The position numbers and the translations under genes are program-made. DNA of 64,000 nt from Mobula hypostoma (taxonomy: Eukaryota): NCBI RefSeq assembly GCF_963921235.1, contig NC_086106.1, positions 21,638,001-21,702,000 on the forward strand. The letters run 5' to 3'. A model generated the notes under the pieces. That model worked only from the letters and a program-made list of their open reading frames with translations, had not been told where the DNA came from and did no database searches. Below, piece by piece: positions 38,100 to 51,332 of this stretch. Every line of letters starts with the position of its first letter. Positions within the stretch are counted from its first letter, which is position 1.

Positions 38100-38475
38100 G
38101 CCCCCACCGTACTCAATCCATTATTTGTTTTTATACACACACTCTTTCTCTCACTCTCATTTTTCTCCCTCTGTCTCTCTGTCTATACACATTGCCCATC
38201 CTCTGGGTTCTCCCCCACCTTGTCTTTCTCCCCGGACCTCCTGTTCCGTGATCCCTTTGCCAATCACCTGTCCAGCTCTTGGCTCCATCCCTCCCCCTCC
38301 TGACTTCTCCTATCATTTTGGATCTCCCCTCTCCCTCCCACTTTCAAATCTCTTGCTAACTCTTCCTTCAGTTAGACCTGACGAAGGATCTCGGCCTGAA
38401 CCGTCGACTGTACCTCTTTCTAGAGATGCTACCTGGCCTGCTGCGTTCACCAGCAACTTTGATGTGTGTTGCTAC
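38100..38475 (+). mobile_element. Penelope-like LTR insertion
   Basis: Pyrimidine-rich LTR ending in CTGACGA-AGGATCTCGGCCT-GAACCGTCGAC...ctttgatgtgtgttgc (mutated hammerhead). Confidence 0.8.
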
Positions 38476-38742
38476 CAAAACAAATAGCCGCTCTGTATAC
38501 GTGAATGAACCCTTGCGGCTCCCCTCGCTCTGCATGGGCAGAGAAATGCACTGCTTTTACTTTAATTGTACGTTTCCTCAGACGACGTCATGCCCTGCAA
38601 TCTAACCACTTTATTCTTGATCAAGCTCAGCCTCATAGCTCTTATTTCCGAACTCGCAATCGAAATTATTATCTTCAGTAAAACTGCCCTTGCAAGGACC
38701 TTGAAGAAACAGCTTTGTAAATTTGGTCGTTCAGTTACTTAC

Positions 38743-38790
38743 CGACTGTGACAGTGACCATCTTTATAGTAAATATAGTAGTAACATCTT
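38743..38790 (-). pseudogene. J segment, cassette 2 (..MVTVTV), degenerate
   Basis: GTAAGT donor at 38737-38742; 23-nt spacer homologous to J1, but heptamer destroyed and internal deletion. Confidence 0.7.
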
Positions 38791-39124
38791 AATCCGACAT
38801 CGGTCTCACTGGTAAAAGTATTGTCCTCAACTCATTCTAATCAGCAGCCGTTATTGGAGAGTGTACAAGTATTCAGGACTTTAAATATCATTAACAACAG
38901 CATTCAGTGTACCACAAATCTCTACTAAGTAACTTGTGGAAAAGAAAAATCCGTAAAATTGCCTCATTATTCTTTCCGGACGTCGGTTCCCTAAATTGCA
39001 GCAAATCATAAAGTAAAATCCCTGAAATGAGCAATGTAGAATGGAATTCACCAGATCAGAGCGGGAAAGTAATCTGACATATGATATCCCCAGTATAAAA
39101 TAGATAATTTTTTGGTGTCAAAAG

Positions 39125-39192
39125 TTGTTCTTTGATTAGCCTTCACTCTGTGGCATCAAGAATCCACAGTGATCAGGTTCAGATCGCAGAAC
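39125..39192 (-). other. D segment, cassette 2 (GATTCTTGATGC, 39153-39164) with 12-type RSSs
   Basis: CACTGTG at 39165-39171; 3' CACAGAG, 12 nt, AAAGAACAA. Confidence 0.7.
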
Positions 39193-39494
39193 AGGAATGG
39201 TCTGAACAATACGGCTTACCTACTGCTGTCCCAGCTGCCATGCTAGTGGAGCAGCGTCCCAACAGAAGGATGCGATTGGGAAGGGGGGAATCTTTACCGG
39301 TTGTTGTACACTGCACAATTTCTGGGAAAGGTCGTTTCAACCATGCAAAGTCAGAAGAAAAAAGAACTAGCGTATGCGCACGTCCAATCCCATTATAAAC
39401 TATACTGCATGGAACGCAGGCGAAGTGCCTCGTTGAAATTACCAGTAGATTTCACTCTGCTCCTCAAGTTATTGACGGTAGACAGTTTAGCGAG

Positions 39495-39532
39495 TATTTG
39501 AGTACGCTGGGAACCCCTTTCCATATTATGTG
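39495..39532 (-). other. V recombination signal (22-nt spacer), cassette 2
   Basis: CACATAA, 22 nt, ACTCAAATA. Confidence 0.65.
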
Positions 39533-40010
39533 AATATTCATATTTATATTCAACTTTACATAAATAGGTGTCGTTGTCCTTAACTAGAAGTTTCATAATT
39601 TTGAGCGTAATTGTCATTTCTGCTTTATTTTATTTTCTCATAAATCCTTGTCATGTGTGCATACGCTCCCTTCACTTTCAGCGTTGTGCCTGTTTCAAGA
39701 ATTGTCACGTTACAAATTTAATTCTATCAATTAGCATGGAACCTGCAGGTGATTCTGAGTGACTGACATTCATATTTCGTAATTGCTGTCGGGCTCTGGG
39801 TCACGTACTGTGTGAAGAAGTCTGGAGATTAAGAATATGGATAAGCGAAATGGCATTAGATGTCAAATGTACAACATTTCTAAAACTATGTCTTCATGAA
39901 ATTCCGAATCCGCCTGTCAGATTTATATTGAACTCACACATTGCGGAGAATTGTGAACTGTAATCACTACAAGAGTAGAGGCACAGCGGGACGATCAAGA
40001 GAAATTGCAT
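39533..40010 (-). pseudogene. VNAR-like (NAR-TCR-type) V pseudogene with split leader, cassette 2
   Basis: Leader 39968-40010 (MQFLLIVPLCLYSC), 146-nt intron, V: FFTQYVTQSPTAITKYECQSLRITCRFH...QFLKQ...NKAEMTITLKIMKLLVKDNDTYLC; one frameshift and several stops; F41 to C104 spans 48 residues, as in VNAR. Confidence 0.85.
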
Positions 40011-41539
40011 CGTTTCGTCTCCAAGTTTCAGATGGTTTATATTACGGAGAGTAATACTGCTGTGGTACGTTGTTCCTCAGAACTGGGCAGAGGCACTTAC
40101 GCTGGTTGCTTTTCTAGATGTATTGTACTTCGGCACTGTTTCCAAATTACCTTTCGTGCGAGAAAGTGTCAGGTTAATGAGCAATAGTTATGGTTCTGCT
40201 TCCACTCAATTTCTTGGCAACTGATGTGAAAGCTGCTCCCTAACTGTTTTAACGGCAACAGGAGTAACACCTAGTCTTTTGAATGAATACATAAAGACAG
40301 GGATCTGCCAAGAGGAAATGACATAATTTACAAGTGCCAGGGTGAAAAGAAGTCTTCTCAAGGTAATGTGAGTGTCACTAGGTTTACAAAAATATCAGCA
40401 GACCGTCTCCAGATGTTTCCAGGGATAGAGTCAAAAAGATAGAGAAAGGAGTCAGATATGGAACAAGCGATTTGATCGACCCAATGGAAGTTGGAGGCAA
40501 AGTTGATGAAGTTGATGAAATCCGCAAATGTACATGAAGCAACACCAGTGTAGTCGTCCATGTCTCACTGAAAGAGTTGGGGAACGTCGGGGCGTTATCT
40601 GTGTAGACTTGGGTCATAGACTGTTCTATATAGGCGAAGCATATATAGACATGACAGTGGAAGGGGCGGGTGGGGAGTTATGCGGATTCCTATGGCTACA
40701 CTGTGGGTTTGGAGACAATGGGAGGAGCCGAAAGAAAAAAAAAATGGTTGGTTTGTGAACCAGCTGCTCAGTATTGTTCAGCTTGATGCTTTTAATTTGC
40801 GAGATCATGTTTGCGATCCGCTCAGATTACAGTTTCGCTAATGTCGCAGAAATGCTTTCTCTATACACACAACAGTATTACTTACTTTATCAACAAAGTC
40901 AGCTGCTAGAAAATTCATTCATCTATGCCTGCTATGACAAGCATTTTAGCCGATGTACTTCAGTACTGGTCCGAGTACACTGCCGATCCTCCTTAATTAC
41001 AAATATTGCTGATGGACTATGAACCACAGTATATAGCAGTCTTCACTTATTTAGCGTGTTTTGACAGCACTGATTACAATTGCGTGCACGGATGAATTTG
41101 ATAATATATTTTAAGATATATTCAAAGAAGTCATACAGCATAGTATCAAAATGAAGAGAGAAAAAAAACAGTTTGATTTTTTTTTCTCTAAGATCGTCAT
41201 CCCACACTCAGAGTAATACTATCACTTTCACTAGCACTCACAGGAGCACATCATCAGACAAAAACCGTTGCGTTGTGGCATCGTCGGGCATACTTTTCTG
41301 TTATGAAATGTAATACTTACATGATGTCTTCATTTTTTTTTTACTATAGACACGTAAAGGTAATTTCATGAGCTCGTTATACAGTGTTCCTTTCCAACTC
41401 ATCACCTCTACAAGGTGTCTACCGGGATCTAATGCACAAGTTTTATCAATGATTTTATAACATTATTTTTTTGAAGAATTGTATAAAGGTGATGGAACAA
41501 TTGTTAATTGCATATTATGTGTGTCCGTGTGTAGGTATA

Positions 41540-41540
<1 letters not shown>

Positions 41541-41580
<40 letters not shown>
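41541..41580. repeat. (GT)n microsatellite
   Basis: Direct reading. Confidence 0.95.
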
Positions 41581-41583
<3 letters not shown>

Positions 41584-41829
41584 CATGTATTTATATGGTT
41601 CAGCCGTCTCTTCATACACACTTACAGTAACATGTGCAGATAATATGAACAAATATAAATTTTAAAACAGTGCTAATGTCTGAAAAAAAATGTGCACGTT
41701 CTGTCATTCTAAAGCATGTAGTCTTTTGCTCGAATTATGGCAGTAGTTGCCAGATGTGTCTATTACTTTTAAGCGCTTCAGAAGCAAATGTAGAGTAAAC
41801 AGGACATAGTATACATGACACTTAATTCG

Positions 41830-42270
41830 GTTAAGACAATAAGACTTAGGAGAGAAATTAAGGTATTTGGCCCATCGAGTCTGCGCCGCCATTCAATCAT
41901 GGATGAGACATTTATTCCTCCCCAACCACATTTTCCGATCTTCTCCGCGTAACCTTTCATGCATTTTGCTATCTAGAAGGATCAATCTCTTCCTTAAGAA
42001 TACGCAACGACCTGGCCTGCACACACAGCTGCAAGTGGCAACAAATTCCACAAATTCAGCACCTTCTGGTCAAGATTTTTCTTTTCACATCCCTGCATCT
42101 ATGTTGTGAATGGACTCATATCCTGATGCTATGCCCTCTTGTCCTAGACGCTCCCAAAATGGGATTAATCTTTTCCACATCTACTTTGCCCTGGCTGTTC
42201 AACCTGCGGAGGGTTTCAACGAGATCCCACTCATCTTTCTAAATTCCAGCGAGTACAGAGGCAATGGCTG
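41830..42270 (-). mobile_element. Old CR1 3' end
   Basis: Degenerate CR1 3'UTR and RT C-terminus. Confidence 0.65.
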
Positions 42271-43384
42271 ATAAATTTGTGTTCGGTCAGGGCATCAATG
42301 TACATGGGGCGAAGGCAGCAAATTGGGAGAGCATAACGAAAATGGATGAGGCATGATGAAATAGCTGACGAGGGATTGCCGGAGCAAAGCATAAACCAAA
42401 TACCTTAATTTTGCTGATATGTCTTGTCGTCTTATGTGACAAACCAGATAATGTCACTGTCCCTCGGTCATTATCAACGGACATAACTAGTCCCTCTGTA
42501 TCTAGAAAGTCACAGCAACAGAAATGAAGAGATAGAAAACGAACATAGGACTTGGCTCATCTCCATGACAACAAGCAACAGACATCCCCACTGGTCAACT
42601 AATGCAAACATCCAGAACGAAAACATATCCCATATGCAGCTTGAATTAGCAAATGGAATAATATTTGGCATTCAGTTTACCAGAATAACGTTGTGTATGC
42701 ATTATCTACGAGCCGGAATTTATGTCAAGCCAGTGAAGCGGCGAACATGTAAAAGCTCGCCAATACCTAAGGAGTTACTTCATTTCAGTCTAATTTGCCA
42801 TTGTCGTTATAGAATAACATGGCGAACATCTTATCCAGACTGAGACGGGAAGGTGGTGCAGAGCTTCAAAGCATAGTTCTGTTTTCCCACGTTTCTGGGA
42901 TCGATTCCATCAACTGTCTGGATTTCTGATGCGTTCCGCGAGACAGTGCAGGTGCATCCGGTTGTACAGTTACCAGCTATATCCAACAGACGTGCTGTCA
43001 CTCAGTGAAGCGTAGAATAAGTGTTGTTTCGCGGAAAGTTATTGGAATTAAACAGATTCCTCAACAACAGTTCCCTACAGGGAATGGCTGATTGAAAAGG
43101 TTTAATATGGTTAATCGGGTGGTAACCGTATGAACTTCCAGATACCCTAACGAAACATAGGATGAACGAAAAAGAGTCTCGCCGATTTTGCTGCAGTAAG
43201 CAATTCAAACGAATATTTCATTTTTTTAGGATATGCAAAAGCAAAAAAATTACAGGCAAAACAATATCGAAAACCAATCAGTATGCATCAGTGCTCAAAT
43301 GGATCGACCGCCGAGTTATCCAGGCTGATTGAATCTGTTCATTGAGATCCCTTTCGTAGTGATTCACCACTATCGCAAGAATGT

Positions 43385-45058
43385 AAGAATATAGAACATA
43401 GAACATAGAATAGTACAGCACAGTACAGGCCCTTCGGCCCACAATGTTGTGCCGGCCCTCAAACCTGGCTTCCCATATTATCCCCCAACTCAGATTCCTC
43501 CATATACCTGTGTAGTAGTCTCTTAAACTTCATTAGTGTATCTGCCTCCACCACTGACTCAGGCCGTGCATTCCACGCACAAACCACTCTCTGAGTAAAA
43601 AACCTTCCTCTAATATCCCCTTTGAACTTTCCACCCCTTACCTTAAAGCCATGTCCTCTTGTATTGAGCAGTGGTGCCCTGGGGAAAGGCACCGGCTATC
43701 CACTCTGTCTATTCCTCTTATTATCTTGTACACCTCTATCATGTCTCCTTTCATCCTCCTTCTCTCCAAAGATTAAAGCCCTAGCTCCCCTAATCTCTGA
43801 CCATAATGCATACTTTCTAAACCAGGCAGCACCCTGGTAAATCTCCTCTGTACCCTTTCCAATGCTTCCACATCCTTCCTATTGTGAGATGACCAGAACT
43901 TGACACAGTACTCCAAGTGTGGCCGAACTAGAGTTCTATAACGCTGCATCATTACATCGCGACGCTTAAACTCTATCCCTCGACTTATGAAAGCTAACAG
44001 CCCATAAGCTTTCTTAACTACCCTATCCACCTGTGAGGCAACTTTCAGGAATCTGTGGACGTGTACCCCGAGATGCCTCTGCTCCTCCATACTACAAAGT
44101 ATCCTGCCATTTACTTTGTACTCTGCCTTGGAGTTTGTCCTTCCAAAGTGTAGCACCTCACACTTCTCTGGGTTGAACTCCATCTGCCACGTCTCAGCCC
44201 ACTTCTGCATCCTATCAATGTCTCTCTGCAATCACTGACAATCCTCTACACTATCTGCAACGCCACCAACCTTTGTGTCGTCTGCAAACTTGCCAACCCA
44301 CCTTTCTACCCCCACAACCAGGTCGTTAATATAAATCTCGAAAAGTAGATGACCCAGGACAGATCCTTGTGGGAAACCATTAGTCACAATCTTCCAATCT
44401 GAATGTACTCCCTCCACCACCACCCTCTGCCTTCTGCAGGCAAGCCAATTCTGAATCCATCTGGCCAAACTTCCATGGATCCCATGCCTTCTAACTTTCT
44501 GAATAAGTCTACAGTGTGGAACCTTGTCAAATGCCTTAATGAAATCCATATAGACCACATCCACTGCACTACCCTCATCTATATGCCTGGTCACCTCCTC
44601 AAAGAACTCTAACAGGCTTGTTAAACACGATCTGCCCTTCACAAAGCCATGCTGACTGTCCCTGATCAGACCATGATTCTGTAAATGCCTATAGATCCTA
44701 TCACTAAGAATCTTTTCCAACAGCTTTCCCACCACAGACGTAAGGCTCACTAGTCTATAATTATCCGGACTATCCCTACTACCTTTTTAGAACAAGGGAA
44801 CAACATTCGCCTCCCTCCAATCCTCCGGTACCATTCCCGTGGACAACGAGGACATAAAGATACTAGCCAGAGGCTCAGCAATCTCTTCTCTCGCCTCGTG
44901 GAACAGTCTGGGAAATATTCCGTCAGGCCCCGGGGACTTATCTGCCCTAATGATTTTAACAACTCGAACACCTCCTCTCCATTAATATGAACTTGCTCCA
45001 GAACATCAACCTCACTCATATTGTCCTCACCATCATCAAGTTCCCTCTCATTGGTGGC
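43385..45058 (-). mobile_element. Young CR1 LINE, 5'-truncated, RT nearly intact
   Basis: ORFs 44232-44750 and 43773-44231 are in frame and separated by a single TGA; (atagaac)n tail at ~43390. Confidence 0.93.
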
Positions 45059-45559
45059 AGAATATCTGCAACGCATTGGTTCTATCTGTGTTTCTTCCAC
45101 AAAGACCACACAATCGTTCTGTGCTATAATATTCAATAAGAAATCGGAGAATAACTCATTCGATAATTCCTGCGTCTATACGTTTGTGCAGCAGGCTGTC
45201 TTCCTCTCAAATTATAGTTTGTTTTGTCAGTGCTGCAGAGTGAAGTTTAATTGATTCAAACACATTGGAGTTAGAGCAATCTCTGGCCATATCATCCAGG
45301 AGGTACCGGATTTGTAGGATATTTCTTTATGCAACCAATTCAATATTTGTGTTGATTATTATTATTAGTAGTAGTATTACTTTTTTTTTTTTTGCGTTCT
45401 ACAGCACACACAGCGGTCTCTGTGCGAAATATTATTTTGCCCATTGATTACCTTTAACTGTAACTATCGGATTTTGCTTTTGTCGTGGCACTTCTTTGCT
45501 TATTAGCAGTGTAAGCCTGCAACTTTCGTTGTCCACAATCGTCGAAGTGCGTTCGTGGC

Positions 45560-47900
45560 AGTCAAGGAATCCATCTCTACTTCTTGTGCTATATTACTTC
45601 ATCAAGTATCTTCAAAATTTATCAATATGCTGCACGTAACAAACGGCAGCTATACGATCCTTTGGGAAACTGCAGCTGGTTGTAATTATTCGGCACTCCT
45701 GATTCATCCATTTAGGCGGATTGTTGAGCCAGGAATTATACCAGTTGGCTCTGTAATGGTACGAACCTCCTCTCCAGCCCGCAGGAACTGGGGAGTCCCC
45801 GAAGTTGAATGGCTCAGGGGTCAACTTTTCCCCTTTTTCCAATAGATTCTTCTGGCGTGTCTTACCGGGACACTAGACATTGCCGTCACCGGAAACAAAT
45901 GTGCCAGGGGCATACGCCTTTTGAAGGTGCACTCCCTCTTCGTCGTGCTTCTGACAATCACTGTCATCTGGCTTGCCTGTACAACTAAAGGATTCTGCAA
46001 TTCGGACCCTTACTGTACACCAGCAGAAAATCTCTACTGCCTTTCGTTGTCTTCTGGATCGTCCACTAAGAATGCTTCGCCCTTAGGCACTCTGGGAAAG
46101 TTGGGGTTCCGCAACGCGCTCGCTACTTCCACGGGCCTTGCTACCATGGTTTCGACTGGGTGAACCACGCATTCCCTCGTCTAAATTCGGTTTCCGGCCT
46201 GATTCAGCATTGTACTTCCGCAAAAAGCATCTCAAAGCACCGGGTACACGGTCAATGTTCCCAGGAAGCTCCCGCCAGCCTTCTCATTGCATACCCCCCC
46301 CCCCCCCGCCGGAGCCTCTTCATAAGAGGTTTGTTGGTCCCCACTAGAATTGAAACGCTGTTCTTATCAAAAGGGTCCAAACAATCAAGCACCAATGTAC
46401 AATGACGTCAGACACTCCCACATCGGCCTCGGAGAACGCCAACTTCTCAGACAAATCACCGCCGTATGGATAATCACTGGCACTAAGCTCCCAGATCTCT
46501 AGTGCACTAAATGGTGTCAATGGTAAATGCTTCAGATACCGGTTGTACAAAGAACGGTACGACCACCCGTCCTGCCACCTAGTGTCTAGTATGGCTTTAA
46601 CATAAATACCTTCTACTCGTAGCGAAACACTGGAACATAGACCGATTAAGCCTTCAGGAATTGGGTATTTCATTTTCGAGTATTCCTTGGTACATCGCTG
46701 GGAACGTGTTCCCACACAGACAACTAACCGTTCCCTCACTGTGTTTCCTCTAAGTTTTCCCAACGACTCTCTCGGCTTAGGTACCCGGGGCCTCACTCTC
46801 CTTCTCACGTGACACCTGCCGCCGGCAGACCACCACATTGTTCGTCCCCCTGGGGAATACGCAGCCCCATCATCTCCATCATATGGGAGGGAAGGGGCTC
46901 ACACCCACTGATAACAGCCGAAACATTTCAGTTCTCAACTCTGCCACAATCTCCTCTACTGCTCACAGGGTAGGTTATCTGTTGTCATTTCACCGCAGGG
47001 GACTACTACCGAGGATGATACCCTGCTGACGGAGCGCTCCTGCGCAACCGCCACGTTCCGCTCTTCCCGTACCTCTCTGATCAGCTCAACAAAAAGATGG
47101 AGGGTGCACGTCTTACGAAGCTGTCGAAGACCCGAAGCAATCAGGTCATTGCACTGGACGCTCCTGGCTATCTGGTCCATTCTTAACTGATCCACCTCAT
47201 CTGTCTGAATGACTCATTTGCTCTGCAAGCAATCTAGGTGCCTCTCTTGCCGAGAATAAAAGCAGAAACCTTCTCCCCCTTCTGCCGCATGTTCTGAAGC
47301 CCCACTATGAACTCCATTGGGCATCCCATCGGGCCAAAGGCGCTGTTCACTGCTTGCACATAATTGACAGCTGTCGCTGCTGGAGACTGCAGCCTGACTG
47401 CTCTCACAATGTCAGCGGCCCACCCTTCACACTTTCTAGCAATCTCTGTCGCTTTACATCATCAGAACAATACCACGTATCTAATAACTGAGAGGTCGGC
47501 TCCGGATAAGACTCATACTCTTGCTTTCTGTTAGGGCTGGGCGTTATTCCAGAGAATAGGCGGAGTCTGCCATAGCTGGGGTTTGAATCTGATTTTTACA
47601 TTTAATCGCCAGAGAAGTAAGAGCCGATACTAACTCAGAATTCTCACTCTTCACTGGGGGACGTGGACAGATTCCAAATCCAACCAATCTTTCCTCGGAC
47701 TCCACAGAAACGAGCTTGCACTGCCTTTGGTATCTCCGCCCCCAGCGATAGCTACCTCAGCGCTCCTCTGCAGTAGAACGAGAGCTGCGGCAGCCATTTT
47801 AGCAAACCTCTGCCCACAATCGCAACGTTAACAGAACTAAACAGGCGAATTGACAATTCATCTGGAGTACAGTTATCTACCCCACTGGTTCATTGCTCTG
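45560..47900 (-). mobile_element. Gypsy/Ty3 LTR retrotransposon remnant (PNMA-type gag, protease; pol largely deleted)
   Basis: ESVKGWAADIVRAV..AFGP..GEKVSAF (gag), 46956-47195 FVELIREVREE, and protease GLIG..V.LRVEG..AILDT (46344-46838). Confidence 0.8.
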
Positions 47901-48582
47901 GGTAATCACACAGTATACGACGGAATCACGCCGGAAACAGCCCCCACAATTGTAACTCTTGTTTCGGTTAATGGCTTAATATAATGAGTGATAGCCCTGG
48001 CCCCGGCCAAACTTAAGAAATCCCATTTGGGTGGATGCTGCGCGATGTGTTCCCTTGTACAAATCAGCACCGTGCAGTAACAAACATACACAATATGGAA
48101 TTAAATGTTTGAGCTTTATAATTGTAACTGTGACCATATGGTTAGTACGGAATATTGCAAAAAAAAAGGCCGATTTTCATGAGACAGTTTATTGCACAAT
48201 GTTGGAGCTCACTGATAATCCGGTCGTCCGACATCGACCTCCTCTGATCGTCGCTGACATTCGGACCCTTGCTCCATGTTCATTCCGTCCGGTGGTCTCC
48301 AAGCTCTCTCCATTGACGTATTCTCTCCTCATCTCTCCCAGGCACAAAATCGCGAAAATCTACCTTCCAGACTCACAAGAAAGAGCACTGGAGAGCCCGA
48401 ACATTCCAAACCCCCGTATCTCTTGTCAATTTTTAGCGAATAGACTGGTCCTGGACATTTTTCCATCTGACATAGTTTGCATTTTGAGTATGATTGTTTG
48501 TGTTTTTTGTATTGGTATATTTATGCTCTATTCTTGGTTGGGGCGTCTGTAACGAAACCCGATTTCCCTCGGGATCAGTAAA

Positions 48583-48631
<49 letters not shown>
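48583..48631. repeat. (TCTA)n microsatellite
   Basis: Direct reading. Confidence 0.95.
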
Positions 48632-48632
<1 letters not shown>

Positions 48633-48639
48633 AACCCAA

Positions 48640-49340
48640 TCATTGTTGCTAGTGAGAAACCATTGCATTAGCCGTGAAACCTTACAGCATGTTACACAAA
48701 AAAGATACAGGAGTGGGATGCTATGGCTTTGAAAGGCAATGGAGAGAATTCACGTCGAGCATTGTTAAGTCATTCTGGGGTCCTCATCTAAAAAAAAGGT
48801 GTGCTGGCATTTGCCAAGCTACAGAGGAGGTCCACAAGCATGGTTCGAGTGATAAAAGCGTTATCATATAAGAACAGTTTGATATCTCTGGTTCTATACT
48901 TGCTGGAAATTAGAAGGTTGGGGGGACGGGGGGGATCTTAATGAAGTCTTTAGGTTGTCTAAAGGCGCATAGAGCGTCGATAAGGAAAGGATGCTTTCAT
49001 TGGGAAGGAGTCCACGACAGAAGGGCACATCATCAGGACAGAGAGGCTTCCATTTAAAACAGAGATGCGCAAAATTTACTTTCGCCCGAGTGTGGTGAAT
49101 TTCTGGAATTATTACTGCAGGTAGCTGCGGTGGCCAGTTCGTTGAGTATCTTTACCGCAGAATGTGAAATATTTTTGACTGGATGCAGCATCAAATGTTA
49201 CAGGAGAAGGCCGGGGAATGGGGCTGGGGATTGTGTGGATCAGCCATGACTGAATGGTGGAGGTGACTCGATGGGCCAAATGTCGCAATTCTGTTATTAG
49301 CGTAATGTGGTCTTATGGAAAAGACTATTCCTTTGCGTAT
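48640..49340 (+). mobile_element. Old CR1 3' fragment
   Basis: Degenerate RT C-terminus (FWGPHLKK..QRRFT-like) and 3'UTR. Confidence 0.7.
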
Positions 49341-50585
49341 TTGCGGTGCAGACGGGAGAACTGAAAGATGGGGAAGTTGTTTTTTTCTTTTTTTTGCAAA
49401 TGACAGAATGGGAGACTGTATAATTCGCATAGCTGTCAGAGTCAGGGAGAGTCTGCACTTTGTGTTTCGTCCTCATCCTCATTCCCACACATACGTACGC
49501 TCGCTCCTCATCTTTTTCTGTCAAGTTGATGAAGGGTGTCGAACCATCAATTGTCCTCTTTTCCATAAATGCTGCTTTGCCTGCTGTGTTCCTACAGCAA
49601 TTAGTATTTTGGTTGGATTTCCAAGATGTGCATATTTTCTCTTGCTTGAATGTGCCAATATATTTTTTGAATGTAATAATTTATTGTTTGTGGTTAAGCT
49701 ATGGAAATGTTCTGACTGGGATATCCGTAACAGAGAAATGTGCCCTCTATTAAATAAAACAGAGCAAGCCAAACGAAATAGAACGCCAATAAGCTTTTAA
49801 TGAATTTGCTTTCGTGTCAGTGTAATGCTTCATGTTGTGAATAGCTACGCCTCGATTCTATGCCCATTTTTGCGTGTCTCCTTATTTTCTATGTTGGTTT
49901 GAATCCCACACTAGTGGCCTTACCCTCGACAAATTCTGCATTTGCAATTTGATCTGCAGGAGAAGGAAGCATTTCCAACACTTTCAATGCCATGATCAGC
50001 CAGAATGATACATAAGAGGATATAACTCCGCAGAGTTATTTGACAGAATTATGCGAACTGATAGACTGTTAATTTTTCCTGGGGGGGGGAGAAAAAATAA
50101 CTCTCACTGAGTACCCTTTCCTATCATCAGTTAGTGTCAAACAAGAATTATGACAAGCTCACTGAATGGTCTGTGAATACCGGTACTTCACTGTTGGTTT
50201 GTTTAATCGGTTGTATATATAGTGTCAGTGGATATAGCAAAAAACAACAAAAAAAAACAAACAAACTTTCTCAGATGTACTATTCATCGTGGTTCCTGGA
50301 GGAACACTTATGCATCAGGCAGCATATCGGCTTATTTTCTACTTACAGCATGGCTTTAGTTATCTATAGGGGGAACTGTATTTGCAGGGCACTTAGTTTG
50401 CCCTGCCACAATGAACGTGAAGTCTTCGCGTGAGCTGAATAGATTCCAGCATCTCACAGATGTTTCACTAAAACATTTATTTCTGCTTGACTTCCGTTTC
50501 TTGAAATACATCACGCGATAACTGACTTTTTGAATACAATACATTCCTTTATTGGAGAGGCATTGACATGCTTTCTCGTCGTTGA

Positions 50586-50735
50586 TGACGTCGGATAACG
50601 ACATCATGTGCTTCACTTCTGCCTGACAGACGCTCAGATTTCTGAAACATTCAGTTTTCTTGCAAGAGTGACATCGAAAATGCGAGTGTTTTTGCCCGGA
50701 GCGACGTTGGCAACATTCATTATTCGTAAGAGCAT
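50586..50735 (+). promoter_or_regulatory. Conserved upstream block of a TCR V with CRE/decamer-like motifs
   Basis: TGACGTC at 50586 and AGTGACATCG at 50667-50676 (9/10 match to the TCR V promoter decamer AGTGACATCA); block ~70% similar to 58633-58730. Confidence 0.4.
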
Positions 50736-51332
50736 TAAGTCCTCTACATAGTTGAAAATATAATGAGATGGAATTTTCAACGTAATTTGAACTATTGTTG
50801 CTTATTTTTGGAAAAAAACGTAATAACTCATATATATCATGGTACCTTGAAGAGTAAAATGTTATTTTTATATAATTTTATGAGCGGTGCGTATTCTACG
50901 AAACTTGTTAGATTATGTTTTAATCCATCCGGGGAATAGAAATGTTAGTGCCTTACATAAATGTTAGTATGTAATGATCACTGAAAGCATTACTAGCTCA
51001 TTGCACCATGCAGAATGATTTCAAAAGTTAGCATTTATTCGCTTATAAACTCCATCCGTGAATATATAAGAAAGTTGTTTTTCTTATTTTCTCGATATAC
51101 AACGCTCACTGGATGGAACAGACGGTTTAAAGCTATAAACAGAATTAAAAGAAAAAAAAATGGACCGATGTACAGGAAAAAAAAACTGTTGGGGATTTAG
51201 TCAAATGTGAAAGCTTGTCTGAAATCTGCTGACAACCAATGGCCATTTACTGCTAAAGTTCTCTTTCTCTTTGGTATGAAGTTAATTTTGTACAGCATTC
51301 ACTACAATGCTGCTATGGTATTTCTAATCAAT

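Larger units (their letters stand above)
35660..41850. repeat. Duplicated unit, copy 2 (NAR-type V-D-J cassette plus flanks)
   Basis: Colinear with 11330-21430. Confidence 0.85.

Noticed and set aside
42270-42500. Acceptor followed by DTEG...RGTVTLSG...IWF, resembling a V start
   Set aside because: No Cys23, no convincing leader or FR3; runs into a CR1 remnant.
49690-49770. Short match to FR1 of the plus-strand V (TCCGTAACAGAG...ATTAAA)
   Set aside because: Under 50 nt of similarity with nothing downstream; may be chance.
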